Below are positions 1 to 13,608 of a stretch of DNA of 64,000 nt, piece after piece. The stretch lies in assembly GCA_028534125.1 (NCBI GenBank), contig CM052817.1:31436001-31500000 (forward strand). Direction: 5' to 3'. Under the pieces are notes generated by a model. It was given only the letters and a program-made list of their open reading frames with translations. It ran no database searches and was not told where the DNA came from. The DNA is from Lama glama (taxonomy: Eukaryota). How positions within the stretch are numbered: position 1 is the stretch's first letter; every line of letters begins with the position of its first letter. A program made the translations under genes and the position numbers.

Positions 1-589
1 TTTGCTCTTTTCCCACTTGAGAAACACTTTACAAAAAATAATATGCTCATTGAACACAAATTAAAGAATCCAAGAAAATAGAAGGATAAAATAAAGAGTC
101 CCTTATAAAATCTTAGCATCCAGAGATACATTGTTATCATTTTGGTGAACATCTTTGCAAAAATCTCTATATGTTTATTTGAAAGAATAGATGCATACAA
201 TACATTTCACAGAAATGTAAATGTTTTGCTATAAGCTTTTTACACTCAACATGTAACTGATATATGTCAATGACTATAAATAGAACTTAAAGTTATTTCC
301 AAGATTTCACTGTTGTAAAATATACTATAAGTTCTTAAATACCCATTTGGATGTGCCTCTCAAATTATTGCCTCAGGACAAATTCCTTAAAATGTATTTT
401 CCTGATCAAAGGATGTCTATAAGGTTTGTACTAATTTCATTTAACGACCAACAATGTTTAAGTGCACCCATTTGCCCACCCTTCTCTTTGAGAGCAGTTT
501 TTTTTAATAGTATGGTAAATGCTTTAAATCTTTTAATCTTTTGATTGGGACAACATGTAGTAGTCTATATAGTCAATTTCAGTTTTGTT

Positions 590-2050
590 CAACAAGCCTT
601 GAGTATTTCTTCAACTAATATTTATTGAAAGCCTGCTTTGTGCCAAGCATTATCTAGATGGCAGGAAACAGCAGTGAGTAAGACAGTGATGGTCCCTACT
701 CTCATGGAGTATATATTCCAGTGGAGAAAGAGAAAATAAAGAAGGACATGCACACACAAGGAAAAGCAGAAGATGATGAGTGTGAGCAAAGTATATAAAA
801 TAGAGCTTATTTAGAACAAGTGCTCACAGAAGACCTTTCTGACAAGATGACAGCTATGCTGACATTGATTGACAAGGAGCCATCCGACAAAGATCAGGAG
901 GAAAAGCATTCCAAGCAGGTGGAACCACATGTGCAAAGGCTGGAAGACAGAAACAAGCCTGGCCGGTATAAGAACAGAAAGGAGCATAATTAAGTGCCCA
1001 TTGTGAGCAAGATGCTCTTCTAGGTTGATCCCAAAGATTCCAGAGGACCAAAGATGAGGAAAAAGAGGACTCTGCCCACCGGGGCTCCACCTCAGTGAGG
1101 AAAGACAGGCAGAGAGAGGCAGATCATTTCAATATAAATGGAGTAAGTCCTGTGATGGTGACCACAAGGTGCTCTGGGGCACAAGAACTCAAATAAGGAG
1201 TGGTTTGTTCAGATTTACATTTTTGGTAGATCATTCTGGAATCAGTATGAATGATGGATTGAGAGGAAGTCAACATCAGAGAAGACAAGACTGGTTAAGA
1301 GGCCACTGCAATTGTCCAGGTGAGCAATTATTAGGGGGGCACCAGTAGGCAGCGAGAGGCAGGGACCTACATGAGACATATTTAAGATATGAAATTAATT
1401 GCACTTGATTATTAATCAGAAGTTATCCATTAAGAGGAATGGAAGCATCTATTGTGATTCCCATGTTGCCAGCTCCTGTATGATTACCTGCGACAGACAA
1501 CAGGAAGGGTAGGTTTAGAAGGAAAGCCATGGTATTTATTAGATGAAGAGTTTCATTTCATCATTGAAGTTCATGACCTTTGGGACTGCAGGGTCTGTGT
1601 CTACCAGGCAGAAGAATTATGCAAAGAGATATGTCTAGGGTGAAAAGAGAAGTGATAAGGGATGGATGCCTGAGGAACACCAATGTTTAAGCAAGAGTAG
1701 AAGCAGGACCCATTGGTAAGACCCATGAGGAATGATCTGAGTTAGAGAACCAGAAAGGGTGGTGTCAAACATCTAGGGAGCAGGGAAGTTCAAGAGATGT
1801 CACTGCCAAAAGTAGCAGAGAGTACCTGCAAGTGTGAGAAGCAGAAAGCATCACTATATGGGGGTCATTGGTAAAACACAGAGCAATGGAGGCAGAAGCC
1901 AGATGGCAGGTGTTTCAAAAACAAATGGAAAGTGAGGAAGTGAAGAGAGTGCATGTGGACACATTTTTCCAAAAGTGTGATTTAAAAGAGCAATGTCTGA
2001 AGGAGGAAAGGACCAAGGGAGAGCTTTGTTTTCATTTTTGTACTAAGTTT
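590..2050 (-). mobile_element. Degraded L2 LINE fragments
   Basis: L2 3'-end-like TTCAAC..TATTTATTGA..GCCTGCTTTGTGCCAAGCA at ~610 followed by purine-rich L2-like body. Confidence 0.6.
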
Positions 2051-2163
2051 ACAGACTAAAGGGAGAAAGGCAGAAGAAATGGAAGAGATACAGGAGAGAA
2101 AGAAAGAGTGGGTGGTGGGCGGTCCCAACAGGAGAGGAGTGGTGGGAATAAGCACAGGCTTGG

Positions 2164-2290
2164 TGGGGAGGTTGGTGTAGCTCAAGAGGTAGAGTGCGTG
2201 CTTAGCATTCATGAGGGTCCTGGGTTCAATCCCCAGTTCCTCCTCCAATAAATAAATAAATTAGTAAACCTTTAAAAAAATAAATAAATA
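2164..2290 (+). mobile_element. tRNA-Ala-derived SINE (camelid Vic-1-like)
   Basis: tRNA-like head GTAGCTCAAGAGGTAGAG...GGGTTCAATCCCC, (AAAT)n tail, perfect 14-bp TSD AAGCACAGGCTTGG at 2150-2163 and 2291-2304. Confidence 0.88.
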
Positions 2291-2384
2291 AAGCACAGGC
2301 TTGGCCCCTCCACTCCTGGAGGGGAGGAGAGGGTGAGAGGGTGAGTGTGGGGGCAGGAGGATGTGCCTGACATAGGTGACTCCA

Positions 2385-2590
2385 ATTTTCTTTTAATTTA
2401 ATTTAATTTTTTAAATTGAAGTATAGTTGATGTACAATATCATATAAGTTACAGGTGTACAATACAATGATTCACAATGTTTAATGGTTGTACTCCATTT
2501 ATAGTTATCATAAAACACTGGCTATTTTCCCGGTGTTGTATAATATATCCTTGTAGCTTATTTTATACGTAATAGTTTGTACCTCTTAGA
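2385..2590 (-). mobile_element. L1 3' end fragment
   Basis: T-rich tail then ATTGAAGTATAGTTGATGTACAATAT..., typical of a reversed artiodactyl L1 3' terminus. Confidence 0.7.
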
Positions 2591-4919
2591 CTTCAGTTTT
2601 CTTATTGAAGTAGACAGCGAGGCAATTTGCTGACAGGGCAGTGGATAACACTGTCAAGGGGGTCTTGAGGAGAATGATAAAAGTTTGAACAGAAAACAGG
2701 AAGGGATGCTGACCAGTGACTCTGAAGACCTAGCTGAGCCCTTATGGAGCTGGTGTCTGTAACATATGATCCAGATACAGAACATAATGAGAATTTCCTT
2801 AAGACCCTAACACTTTCCTCTCACTTCAAAGTTGGTGTTTGCCAAACATTTTTATTCTGTGAATTACTACCAATGGTTTCGTGATAGTCCATCTCTTTAA
2901 CAGAAAAAAAAAAATCTGTCACTCTGCATGGTCCTCACTTCTGGTAAGGAGATGAGCTGTCATGAGCTAACACGACCAGAAGTCAAAAAGAAGACAGGGT
3001 GGTCATGGGTTTCAATTTATAGCATCTTCTAAACTGGACCCTCCAATGATGTAATTTGCCTCTTTCTAGAGTAGACAACAGGCATTAAACACAGACTCTG
3101 GAGGTGGTGGATTCGATGGCTGCATTGGTTTCAAAGATTTCTCCGAGTTAAATCTCAGCGCAAATACTTATTAACTGTGTGACCTTGAGCACAACTCATG
3201 CCTCGGTTTCCTCATCTGTGAGACGGAGATATTGACAGCATCCCCCTCACAGGATCTCTCTGAAGATTAGATACGCAAATGTACACAAAAGCACTCAGAG
3301 CAGGGGCTGGCCCAAAGTGAGTCTTCAATACACATCTGCTCTTCTGGGTCCATGTCTTTCCTCTGATCATCCCTCTTCCTCTGTGTCTTATCTCTTTTCT
3401 GCTCTCTTTTCTCCCTAATAAACAGCGGCCACAGTTGTAAGTTTTCAACCCTGTTTTTCATTTTTCTTATTGCCTGATTGAGCTTATATTTTAAAAAATT
3501 ACTCGTGTGGTATATTACACATTATAAGAATAATTTATCTATTTCATAATTTAAAAGCCCAAGAGCAATCTATAAAGTAGAAAATAAAAGCTTTCTTATT
3601 CCCAGTCTCAGTCTCCAGAGGTAAACATGAACACTTTGTAGTCTGCTATAATCTTACTCGTCTAAATATTACCTACACTTTTAACAGAGGTTTTCTATGC
3701 ACACCTGTATGTGTCGATGTAAGTATTTATTTTGCTAAAGCAGGACTATAAATGTACTGCTTTACACTTTTTTCTTTACTAAACAACATATAACTAACAT
3801 CTTTTCGTGTCAGCACCTCCTGATCTACGTCAGTATTCTTTTAACCTCACCCCATAACCATCTGTTTCTTAAATTTTCTCTTTGAAGGAGGGGGAAAGAA
3901 GAGTGTGAAGACGAGTCAGCGCTGATCTCCTAATTCTACGGGTTTCTATGTCTAACCACAAATGCGTCCTCACCTGACCTGCTTAGACATGTCTCCACTT
4001 CCTCTGTAACCCAACTCCCAGTGAACACCAGGAATACTCATGTGGACCCATCCAACAAGTGGCTAAAAATTTCCTTGGATGTACTCCAGATGTTTAGAAC
4101 CAGTGCAATGGAAAAGTGGCCGCTTTCCAAAAGGGTGTGGTTTTTTTTTTTGTCATTACACTTTTTCACGAGAAAAATTTTTTAAAGTACTGCATGACAA
4201 GAAGTCAAAACAATATGAAAATTGCAGTGGGTTCCAAATGCGACAATGCTGAGGTAAAAAGATTCCCCCATGGGCTCAAAGCAGTCCAGTACAGGTTAGA
4301 GGAGGGCTGAAGGCCAGAGCTGTGACTGTAAATGCGGTGGAACCTTCTGGAATCCTAAATCTTTTCCATAGATGGTAGGTTTGCAAAAATAGTCATTATA
4401 AATATGTAAATAGGTAAATATGCCTCTGGTATACTCAAGTCAAACTGTCACTGTGAAAGGCTCTGTCTTGTATAACTTTTTCTGTTCTCCAAGCAAGAAA
4501 GAACAGAGAACAAGAGATTTAAGGGTAATTTGCTATTGCAACTGTGTAAATCAGAGAGCAAATTTATCAGAGCAAAGAGAAAAAAGTATGATTCTTTAGG
4601 ACATTTGAAATTGTATTATATTTCACTCCATGTAAATTTCAAGGACAAATGCATGATGATTAAATGGCCTTTTGCTTCTCTGTCATCGATCATTTTTTTA
4701 ACCTGGCAGAAATGTAAAAAGTCAGCTTACCTCTCACCCCCTGACTAGGAAAAGAAAAAAGCAGCAACAAGGAAGAGAATCGCTCAGAAGATAGGTTGTA
4801 TTTCAAGCTCTTGAACATTTTTGCAGGGTTATTTGCTCCTGTTAAGTCTCTGACCAAAGATGCGTTGCGTGTCTGGGGCCCGGCGCCCCAGCTCTCCCCA
4901 CCTGAAGTTCCCGACGTAC

Positions 4920-5047
4920 CGGCTGCATTGTGTTGGTGATACCAGACCAGCTCAGGGACTGATTGAAAGAGGTGCCTTTCAGCCACGTACCACTGCTCAG
5001 AGTCATTCCTTTTAATCTGATAATGTTTGATGGTGGCCTCCATGCTT
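4920..5047 (-). CDS. TXK: TXK coding exon 8 (SH2 C-terminal half)
   Basis: 128 bp, tag|A AGC ATG GAG...GCA GCC G|gtacgt; encodes SMEATIKHYQIKRNDSEQWYVAERHLFQSVPELVWYHQHNAA. Confidence 0.96.
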
Positions 5048-5987
5048 CTACAATCAATAAAACATGAGTTTGTCAACAAGCAAAAGATCACTTGGGAACT
5101 AAGTCGGTGCATTAAGTGACAGGACTCCACCTCCAAAACGTGCACCCTAGCAACATTGCACGCTGAAGAGGAGACTGGATTAAACTCAACAGGCGCCTCA
5201 CCATCCCGGGAAAATTTCTCAGCTATCGTGTCGGGGCCTTAGGTTCAAATATAGCTTCAACCAAAGTGGTCTTGGTGGTAAGTCTAGTGTCCAAAAAAGT
5301 AGACCTCATAATGGACACTTGTAAGTATTCACTGAATTTTAAAAATCGGTTCAATGAATGAACAAATGCACTGTAAGAGATGCGAGGAGATGTAAGACAA
5401 AGAAGGGGGGAACCAGTATAGGGTGTATGGAGGAGCAGGTCTGCTACGGGCAACTGGGGCGTAATCCCTCCAGGAAGTGATGAGAGTTTGGGGAACACAC
5501 CTCGGAGTCAGCCCACTAAAGTGCAAAGGGGCTGAGGGACTTACCCTCCACTCCTTAAGGATGGAGAGTCACTCCTAGGATGCTAACTCTTAGGTACTTC
5601 TAGTCCACCCCTGGGCTCCACAAGCTCCCACAGCCAGAGAACATCCTCAGGCAGGAAGAAACAGGAAGCTTTCTGAGTACAGGAGCACTCTCTGCAGGCA
5701 AACCCCAGGTACCGGGGCTACGAGGAAAGCACCCCTGGTGCCGAATACAACTAATCAAAGCTCCTCACGTGATGGTTGAGAAAAGGAGACGAGAGAAAGT
5801 GACTTATCCAATGTCACACACAGAGCTTGTTAGGGATACGACTGGAAACGATTATTTGACCCAACTTCCAGGCCAGTAATTTTCTATGTTACACTCTTAT
5901 TTACATTCTCTATGTGATGGGATCTCCACAACAAACACTGTACCAGGAACAGTTATTTCTAAAGTGACCAAAATCACAATTGCTTAC

Positions 5988-6067
5988 CTCCTAGCCTTTA
6001 TAAACACAGAAATGGTGTAGGATCCCAAATGTCTTGAATCTCTGACAATAAATGCACCTTCTTTAGA
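5988..6067 (-). CDS. TXK: TXK coding exon 7 (SH2, FIVRDS motif)
   Basis: 80 bp, cag|TCT AAA GAA...AGG AG|gtaagc; encodes SKEGAFIVRDSRHLGSYTISVFIKAR. Confidence 0.96.
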
Positions 6068-6853
6068 CTGCAAAGCAAATTCATTCATTGTACAAGGTTA
6101 TTCCTTCTTAGGAAGAAAGGTAAACCTACATCTCAATAATGAAAACCAAAGCTATACTAACTTACTATAAAAGGATGATACTGTTTTTACAAGTACACAG
6201 AATCTCATCTCAAATCTTTATAGGTTTACATGTAATACCCATAAAATAAAATATAATTGGGACAAGAATGTGTGAGTATTTAAAACATTTTTGCTCCTGA
6301 TTTTTCTAAGAAGAATTCTGCATCTGACAACCTTGTACCCCACATTTGGTTATTTTTGTTATACTGATAAAGATAATAGATAAAAATAACTGATGAATAC
6401 GAGAACTCTGAGACAGACTGGCAGGGTTGTTCTTTAGAGGAAAAGACACAACATGGCAAGTGTGGGTGAGAGAGGCAGGGAGAAATACATCTGGAGAGAG
6501 GAGGAGTGGGAAAAAAGACCAAAGTTCATGGTATGGATGGAAAGAGAATAAACTTGGGCGAGTCTGGAGAGAAGAGTAAGGAGAGACATTTCACTTGCTC
6601 CAGGGGTAGGTAGGGAAAGGCAGAATGAGAAATGGCAAGAGGGAAGATTATCATAATAAGTTTGATGTTAGGTTATCAATTGGACCCCCCTCCATTGACG
6701 TGTTCTGGGAAACACCAATAACGCTGTGAATTGTTTTCAAATAAGCTTGAAGGTTGGACTGTTTTGTTCGGTTGGTTTGTTTGACATTGTTAAAAAAAAA
6801 AACGTTTCACCTTTATTAAGTGTGCTTACACTCATGAAGAGGAAAATATCTCA

Positions 6854-6955
6854 GGGGGAGGGTAATAGCTCAGTGGTAGAGCACCTGCTTAGCATACACG
6901 AGGTCCTGAGTTCAATCTTCAGTACCTCTATTAAAAAAAAAAAAATCTAAAAAAA
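6854..6955 (+). mobile_element. tRNA-Ala-derived SINE
   Basis: GGGGGAGGGTAATAGCTCAGTGGTAGAGCACCTGCTTAGCAT...GAGTTCAATC then A tail. Confidence 0.85.
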
Positions 6956-6989
6956 ATCATAGTCATTATATCAATAGACAAAAGGAATA

Positions 6990-9900
6990 CAAAATAAGTG
7001 TATCCAACTGAAGAAGTTAAGAATTATAAAGTAAACCCAAGTAAGGTAGAAGAAAAGAATTAATACAGACAAAAGCAGAAAAAAATAAATTATAAAAACA
7101 AGAATATAATAAAGCTAATGATTAAATTCAAAATTTGCTTGTCTAGGGAAAATCAATAAAATAGGTAAACTGTTAATTAACCTAATCAATAAATAACGGG
7201 GTAAATCTATGAAAAAATAAGTCACAATGATCCAGAAAAAAATTTAAAAACCTCCTTGACTCTGTGCAATAAATGTGAAAACTTGAATAAAATGGGTAAT
7301 TAGCAGGCAAAACACAAAATTTATCAAAATTGATTCCAGAAGAGCCAAACGTTGAATGGATCTATGGAACTGAAAAATGGATAGTTTTCAAAGGGCTGCA
7401 AAATTAAAAAGCACTACAGTTACATATTGTGATGTTACTAAATCTTAAAGAAATCATAGAGAGACTGATTAAATGATCCAGAGCACATGGAAAGAAGAAA
7501 AACTTCTAAATTATACAAAGTGAGCTTAACATTAATACCAACAACACAGCACAGACAGCCCACAAAAGGGAAAACTACCAACCAGTCTCTCCCGTATCAA
7601 CGAAAAACTCCTAACTAAATAGTAACCAACAGAACCCAGCAGCATGAAAAAAGAACAATACACTGTGACCAAGAGAGATTATGTACAGGAATGCAAATGT
7701 AATCTAATATTAGGGATTTTATTAATATGATACATCATATTAAAAATCCTAGAAAAAAATCCTATGAGTATCTCCATAGATATTGAAAAAGCATTTGATA
7801 AATTTCAACTTCTAATACCAGGGTTTAAAATTCTGGGTAAGATGGGAATATATGTGTACTTCCTGAATACCATAACCATTATTTACTTTAGTCCCAAGTC
7901 CAGCGTTATGCTTTATGTGGAAGTAATTCCAACTAAAATCAGGAAAAAAGGAACACCCACTGTGAGCACTGGTACTTAACACTGTTTTGAGATACCAGCC
8001 AACGCAATTAAATGAGAGGCAGACATTAGAAACGTGCTAAAAATGTAAAAGAGTGTTGAAATAATCACTGTGTTGCTGATAAGATTATGTACCCGAAACC
8101 GAAGAGAATCGACTGAAAAACTACAACAAGAAATTTTGAATTTACCAAAGTTGTCAGCTACAAAATTAATTCACAGAAATCAAGATCTTTCAAATGTAAA
8201 AACAAGATATACCTACTTATAATAGGAACAAAAAGATAAAATACCTTAAAATAAACTTAAAAATACATGTGCAAGAGCTAAACGAAGAAAACCTTTAAAA
8301 CACCCTGAAAAATACAAAAGCATCTGCTTTTTCTTATTAGGTCTTCAGCCCATCTAAGATTTATGTTAGTTTGAGGTAGGGATCTAATTCTAATTTTTTC
8401 TATAGGGATAATTAACATATGGGTCCTAAAACAAATTGGTTCCAAGCCCCATTGATTTATAATGCATAAACAATGTTCTCTAAATGAATCTGTAAATTTA
8501 ATGCAATCAACTGGAATGTTTTTTTTTAAACTACGCAGAGTAATTCTGAAGTTCATATGGAATATATATATGTATATCCAGAATGTTTCTAAAAAAAGAA
8601 AACGAAGAAGGGAGGATAGCCACATCAAAGAAAGTGTTAGTATTTAAAACAATATAATGGCAGAACATGAATACACAGGCTGATCAATGAAACCAAGTAG
8701 AAAGTCCAGGTATAGGTTGTTTGTGTTTACGATGAAAGTGGCAACTCAAATCAACGCAGAAAAGAACACTTGGTGAGGAAAAAACTTAACTTGGGTCGAA
8801 ACCTCACCCATTATAATAGGAAAAATTACAAATGGATCAAACATGCATGTGTGAAAAAATAAAACTACTAAAGTAGTCAAAGAACATGGGAAATCTTTTA
8901 TAAACTTGGAGTAGAGAGGTAATTCTAACCTGATAACAAATCCTAACGTCTTTAAAAAAAATTGCCTTAAAAATTCCAATATATAAAATTCAAATACTAT
9001 TCATGGCAAAAAAAAAAAAGAGAGAATTCATAAACTGGGGAAAATACTGCCACACATCACGAAGAGCTAATTTCCTTAACGTAGCTACATAGGTCCTACA
9101 GATTATGAGAAAAAGCATCAAAAATGCCATAAAATTGTTGCAAATGAGATGGACCGCTACAGAAAAGGAAATACGAATGCATAGACTTTAATACAGAAAA
9201 AGAGGCTTAACATTCCCAGAATAAGAGAAAAGCAGATTAAATCCACCCTGAGAATGAGGTGTCAGAGAGCAAAGTTCCAAATGTTTCATTAAAACACTTA
9301 ACTGGAATGACTGTGGGAAAATAAGCACTCTCTTACATGTCTAGTAGATATATAAATTGATACAACCCTTATAGAGGGCGTTTTAATACCTTGAAAATTA
9401 GAAATGTACACTGCTTTTGACCCAGAATTTCTACCCTTGGGGATTTACCCTACAAATACTCATGTAAATGGGAAAATGTATGTACCGGTTACCCATGGAA
9501 GCACTGTTTTAATAACAAAAGAGTATATGCTACTTAAATTTCTGTAATGAAGGATTGGTTAATTAAACTGTGATACATCCACACTAAGAAATACCATGCA
9601 GGTGTAAAATGAGTGAGGATACTTTTTGTGTACTAATGTGGAAAGACTCCCAATATATACCATTAAATGAAAAAGTAAGGTCAGAGAGTACATATATCAT
9701 GTTACCATTTGTGTAAAAATAACACAAGAAAATGTATAAATAATAAATATCTCTTGTATTGGTAATAAATATCTCTGAAAGGATACCAAATAAACTAATA
9801 ATAATGGTTCATCTATAGGGAGGGGAATTGATGGGTTGGGGACAATGATGAAAGAAAACTTCAAAAACCTTTTGATTTTTGAGCCATATGAACATACTGG

Positions 9901-11580
9901 CTACTGAAATATGAAATAAATAAAATTATAAGACTTCTATGAATAATTTATGCAATAAGTTTGAAAATAAATATAAAATAGGCAATTCTTTAAGTAAATA
10001 TGTTATCTCCAAAAAGTATCTCAAAAAAGAAAAGAAAATTAAATCAGCAGTCAAATAGCTATCTGTTTGAAAACATGGCATGCCAGACTATTTTATGAAA
10101 GATATAGCTAATTTTCAAGGAACAAGTAATTTCTGTCTAATATAAACTATGCCAGAAATTGGAAAAAAGAGATTAAAAACCCCACATTCCAACTCATTTT
10201 ATGATGCTAGTATAGCCTTTATACTAAAACTAGACAAAGGAAACAAAATTAAAAACCAGGCTCACTCTGAACATAACAGAACAAATGCTAAATAAAATAT
10301 TTGGAAATCCAAACCAGCAATATATATTTTTAATGTCTCAGGATCAAGCAGGATTTAACCCAGACATATTTTTTAAAATAAAATTAGAAAATATGTAAAT
10401 TACAAAAACTATTTTAAGATATACAGGAAAAATATGTATATTTTAATATATCACATACACACACTCTTCAGAGAGATTAAAGACCTAAATGTGAAAAGCA
10501 AATTTTTAAAACATTTAAAGGAAAATAGAAAATCCCTTTATTACTTCAGGAGAGAGAAGAACTTCTTATAGTAAATAAAACAAACAAAAGCAGAGATCAT
10601 ATAGGAAAATATTGAGAAATATAACATTAACTTTTTAAAATTCTGTAAAAAAAAAAGTTTTGTAAAAATCCAGAGACCAAAAAAAAATATACTTGTAACA
10701 TATAACTGATGAAAGATTAATATTCAGAAAATGTCTTTAAAATAGACATTAATCAGTTTGAAAAAGCAAACACACTACAGAAAAATGAGCAAAGGATATT
10801 AACAGGTATGTAACAGCAGAGGCAGCACAAGTGGACAAGAGACACGTGAAAAATTACTCCACTGAGCTGTTTACCAAGGAAATGTACATTTGACAAGATA
10901 ATTTAAAAAAGTGAATTGGAAAAAAAATAAGTGTGGAAACTACCTATTGGCAAGAATGTAGAGAACAAATATTTTCATTCCCTGTAAGAGTATAAATTAG
11001 TACAAGTACTCTGAATCATGATTTGAACGTACAGTATCTAGTAATGTTAAATCTGCACATACCCTCCCACCAGACTGTTCCATTTGCGGGGCAGAGCTGA
11101 AAGAACCATTTGCCCTCGTGTACAAAATGACATGGGTAAGGAAGTTCTTTGCAGCATTGTTTGTAAAAGTAAGAAATTAGAAACAATTTGAATGTTTATA
11201 GTGAAATTGATACATTTTCATACACTCAGATAACAAAATATTACGCAGTAGTTAAAGGAATGTGTTTGATCCATATGTACTCACATGAATTACGTTGAAA
11301 ATACAATGTTTAACTAAAAAATCAACATACATATGATCTCCCTTATGTCAAATGTTAAAACAGATAAAATAACACATTATTTATGCACATTTATGTGATA
11401 AAAATACAAACACTCGGGCAAAATGGGGACACACCCTTCTACTGTGGTTGCCTCTGATGAGTGAGTGAGGACCAAAAAGAAGAGGGAGGGGTGGGCTTCA
11501 ACTCTATCTGGAATGTTTTACTTGTTAAAGAGTGTTATGGCAAAATATCACGATTGGTAATACCTGGATTGTGGGTATGA
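6990..11580 (+). mobile_element. Old, degraded L1 (L1M-type) ORF2 and 3' UTR fragments, at least two copies
   Basis: Strongly A-rich; remnant RT peptide MSISIDIEKAFDK at 7764; L1 3' UTR motifs at ~9350-9900 and ~11000-11550; short inverted L1 piece at ~8325-8460. Confidence 0.8.
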
Positions 11581-12671
11581 AAGGGTTTGCTAAAATTCCC
11601 AGATTCTAGTTTTTGTAGGGAGATCAGACCTCGCCGTGCTCTGGCCCCCAGTCAGATGCAGAATCTCTCACGCAAAACCCGCCCCATCCAGTGATTCGGG
11701 TCATATTACCCGTGACCAGCTGCTTACTGTGGACCTACTTGTCGACTTCCCTTCTCCAGCTCCGCCTGCGTGTCATAACATCATCATCCATTCTGAACTA
11801 CTAATATGTAATGTCATCATGCCAAGCAGACACACACTTGCCACCAGGCTCCACTTCCCCACAGCCAGTGAGGCCAGGCCTGACCTCCACCTCCAACCCC
11901 TCCACCACCTGAGGCTGGCTCTGTGTCCTTCGTGCACGGCCACTCCCCCAGCTATCAATTGGAACTTCCCGTATCCCGAGCCATTACTGGCACTGAGTTT
12001 TTAGTTACAGAACTGATTCTTTCTCGCTCATATTTCTAGATTTCCTCAACATCCGACATCAGGTCATAACGACACACATTCTTCTCACCTACTTTCTAGT
12101 TTTGACTGTACATTCACCCACAGTTGATATTTATCATCAGTTGGAAATTTAAACTATAAGCTGTTTTGTTTTGTTTTGACCTAAATGAGCAGTTTTGACC
12201 TACGTTTGATATTTTGGCTACTCCACTCTTCCTTTTGTTCCCAAAGAACGAAAGTACAGCCCCATGTATTTTTCTAGATCTGTGTTTTCATGAATCTGAG
12301 CTAAGCTCAGAAGGACAGAGTGTATATTGGATTGGCACTGTTGCAAAGGTGAACGGGCAATTCAAAGAAAGACTTCTGGCAGAACGCATTTTGGAATGAA
12401 TGAAAGAGTTTCAGCATGTTAGAGTTAAAATCATTTCAAGAGAAAGACATTCCTGACATTATGGTTAAAATCAGTGGAAAACATGATCTGATATAAATAC
12501 ACCTAATTTACAGCTTATTAGAAAATGTTTAGTAGAGATGAAGTTGTAATAATATTTAGAATTGAAAAAAACAGAAAGCAGTAAGACTTTTTTAGTTATG
12601 TAGTCTTAATAATGTACCTCTCAGAAAATTTGAAAATATTCACAAATTTATTCATGAATAAACTGAATTAC

Positions 12672-12726
12672 CTCTTGTCTCAAAAGACGTTCTGCCTGAT
12701 TTCTGGTAATATTTTTATGGTACCAC
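12672..12726 (-). CDS. TXK: TXK coding exon 6 (SH2 start)
   Basis: 55 bp, cag|G TGG TAC...CAA GAG|gtaatt; encodes WYHKNITRNQAERLLRQE. Confidence 0.95.
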
Positions 12727-13416
12727 CTGTAAAAGCAATAAAAAAATTTTTTAAATTTTATATTCCATTTCTTTCCAGAAAAAAAAAAGCCTGCTTTATT
12801 TCCTTCATTTTTAAGAACTCATTCCAGAACTGACTTTACAAAATGGAGTGATTTTTAATTCAGATACACAATAATATACTATTATGTGCCAATTAATTTA
12901 GTTTAATACAGTTTTATTAATTGCAAGCCATTATCCTGTTTATTCTATCATAGCTCAATTCAACTTTATGACACACACTTAGTATATAATGTTGAATGAT
13001 TTAACCTCCTGAAAATTTCCATGAAAAGTATGTGGTTAAGAAGTCATCATCTTCAATACACACTTCAATAACCACAGCTTTGGTTAAACAAACTAAAAAA
13101 TACCCATTTCTTTCCTCTCAGGAACATCTTATTTGCACGCTTTGATATGTGCTATGTACCTTTCTGAAATTAAAGTCATGCTAACATCTTTGACTCTGCT
13201 AACTATGTTACCTTGCAGTAAAGTTAAAGGTTCAGTAGAGTAAATGGAACAACCAACATGTAAATAACCCTGCCCCACTCCATCTCAGGCCCCATCTGGT
13301 TCCTTGGTCTCCCCTTATCACTAAGTTTGGTCACACTGGAATTCTTTCCTCACTCAAATTCCAAGTCCTATTCTGCCTCCAGTCTTGCTGTTACTTCTGC
13401 ATGACACATGTCATTA

Positions 13417-13608
13417 TTAGATAAACAAGATTATACTGTAAAGCACAGGGAAATATACACAAGATCTTATGGTAGCTCACAGAGAAAAAAATGTGACAAT
13501 GAATATATATATGTTCATGTATAACTGAAAAATTGTGCTTTACACTGGAATTTGACACAACATTGTAAAATGATTATAAATCAATAAAAAATGTTAAAAA
13601 AAAAAAGA
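13417..13608 (+). mobile_element. Short L1 3' end
   Basis: AGCACAGGGAAATATA...GACACAACATTGTAAAATGATTATAAATCAATAAAAA plus A tail; flanking repeat ATGTCATTA; closely similar to 30210-30390. Confidence 0.85.

Noticed and set aside
3895..3930. Possible TXK exon 9 (LTRL-like peptide on minus)
   Set aside because: Only a few codons resemble GLMTRLRYP. The rest (…TAGFSY) and proper splice sites are missing, so the real exon is probably beyond the left edge.
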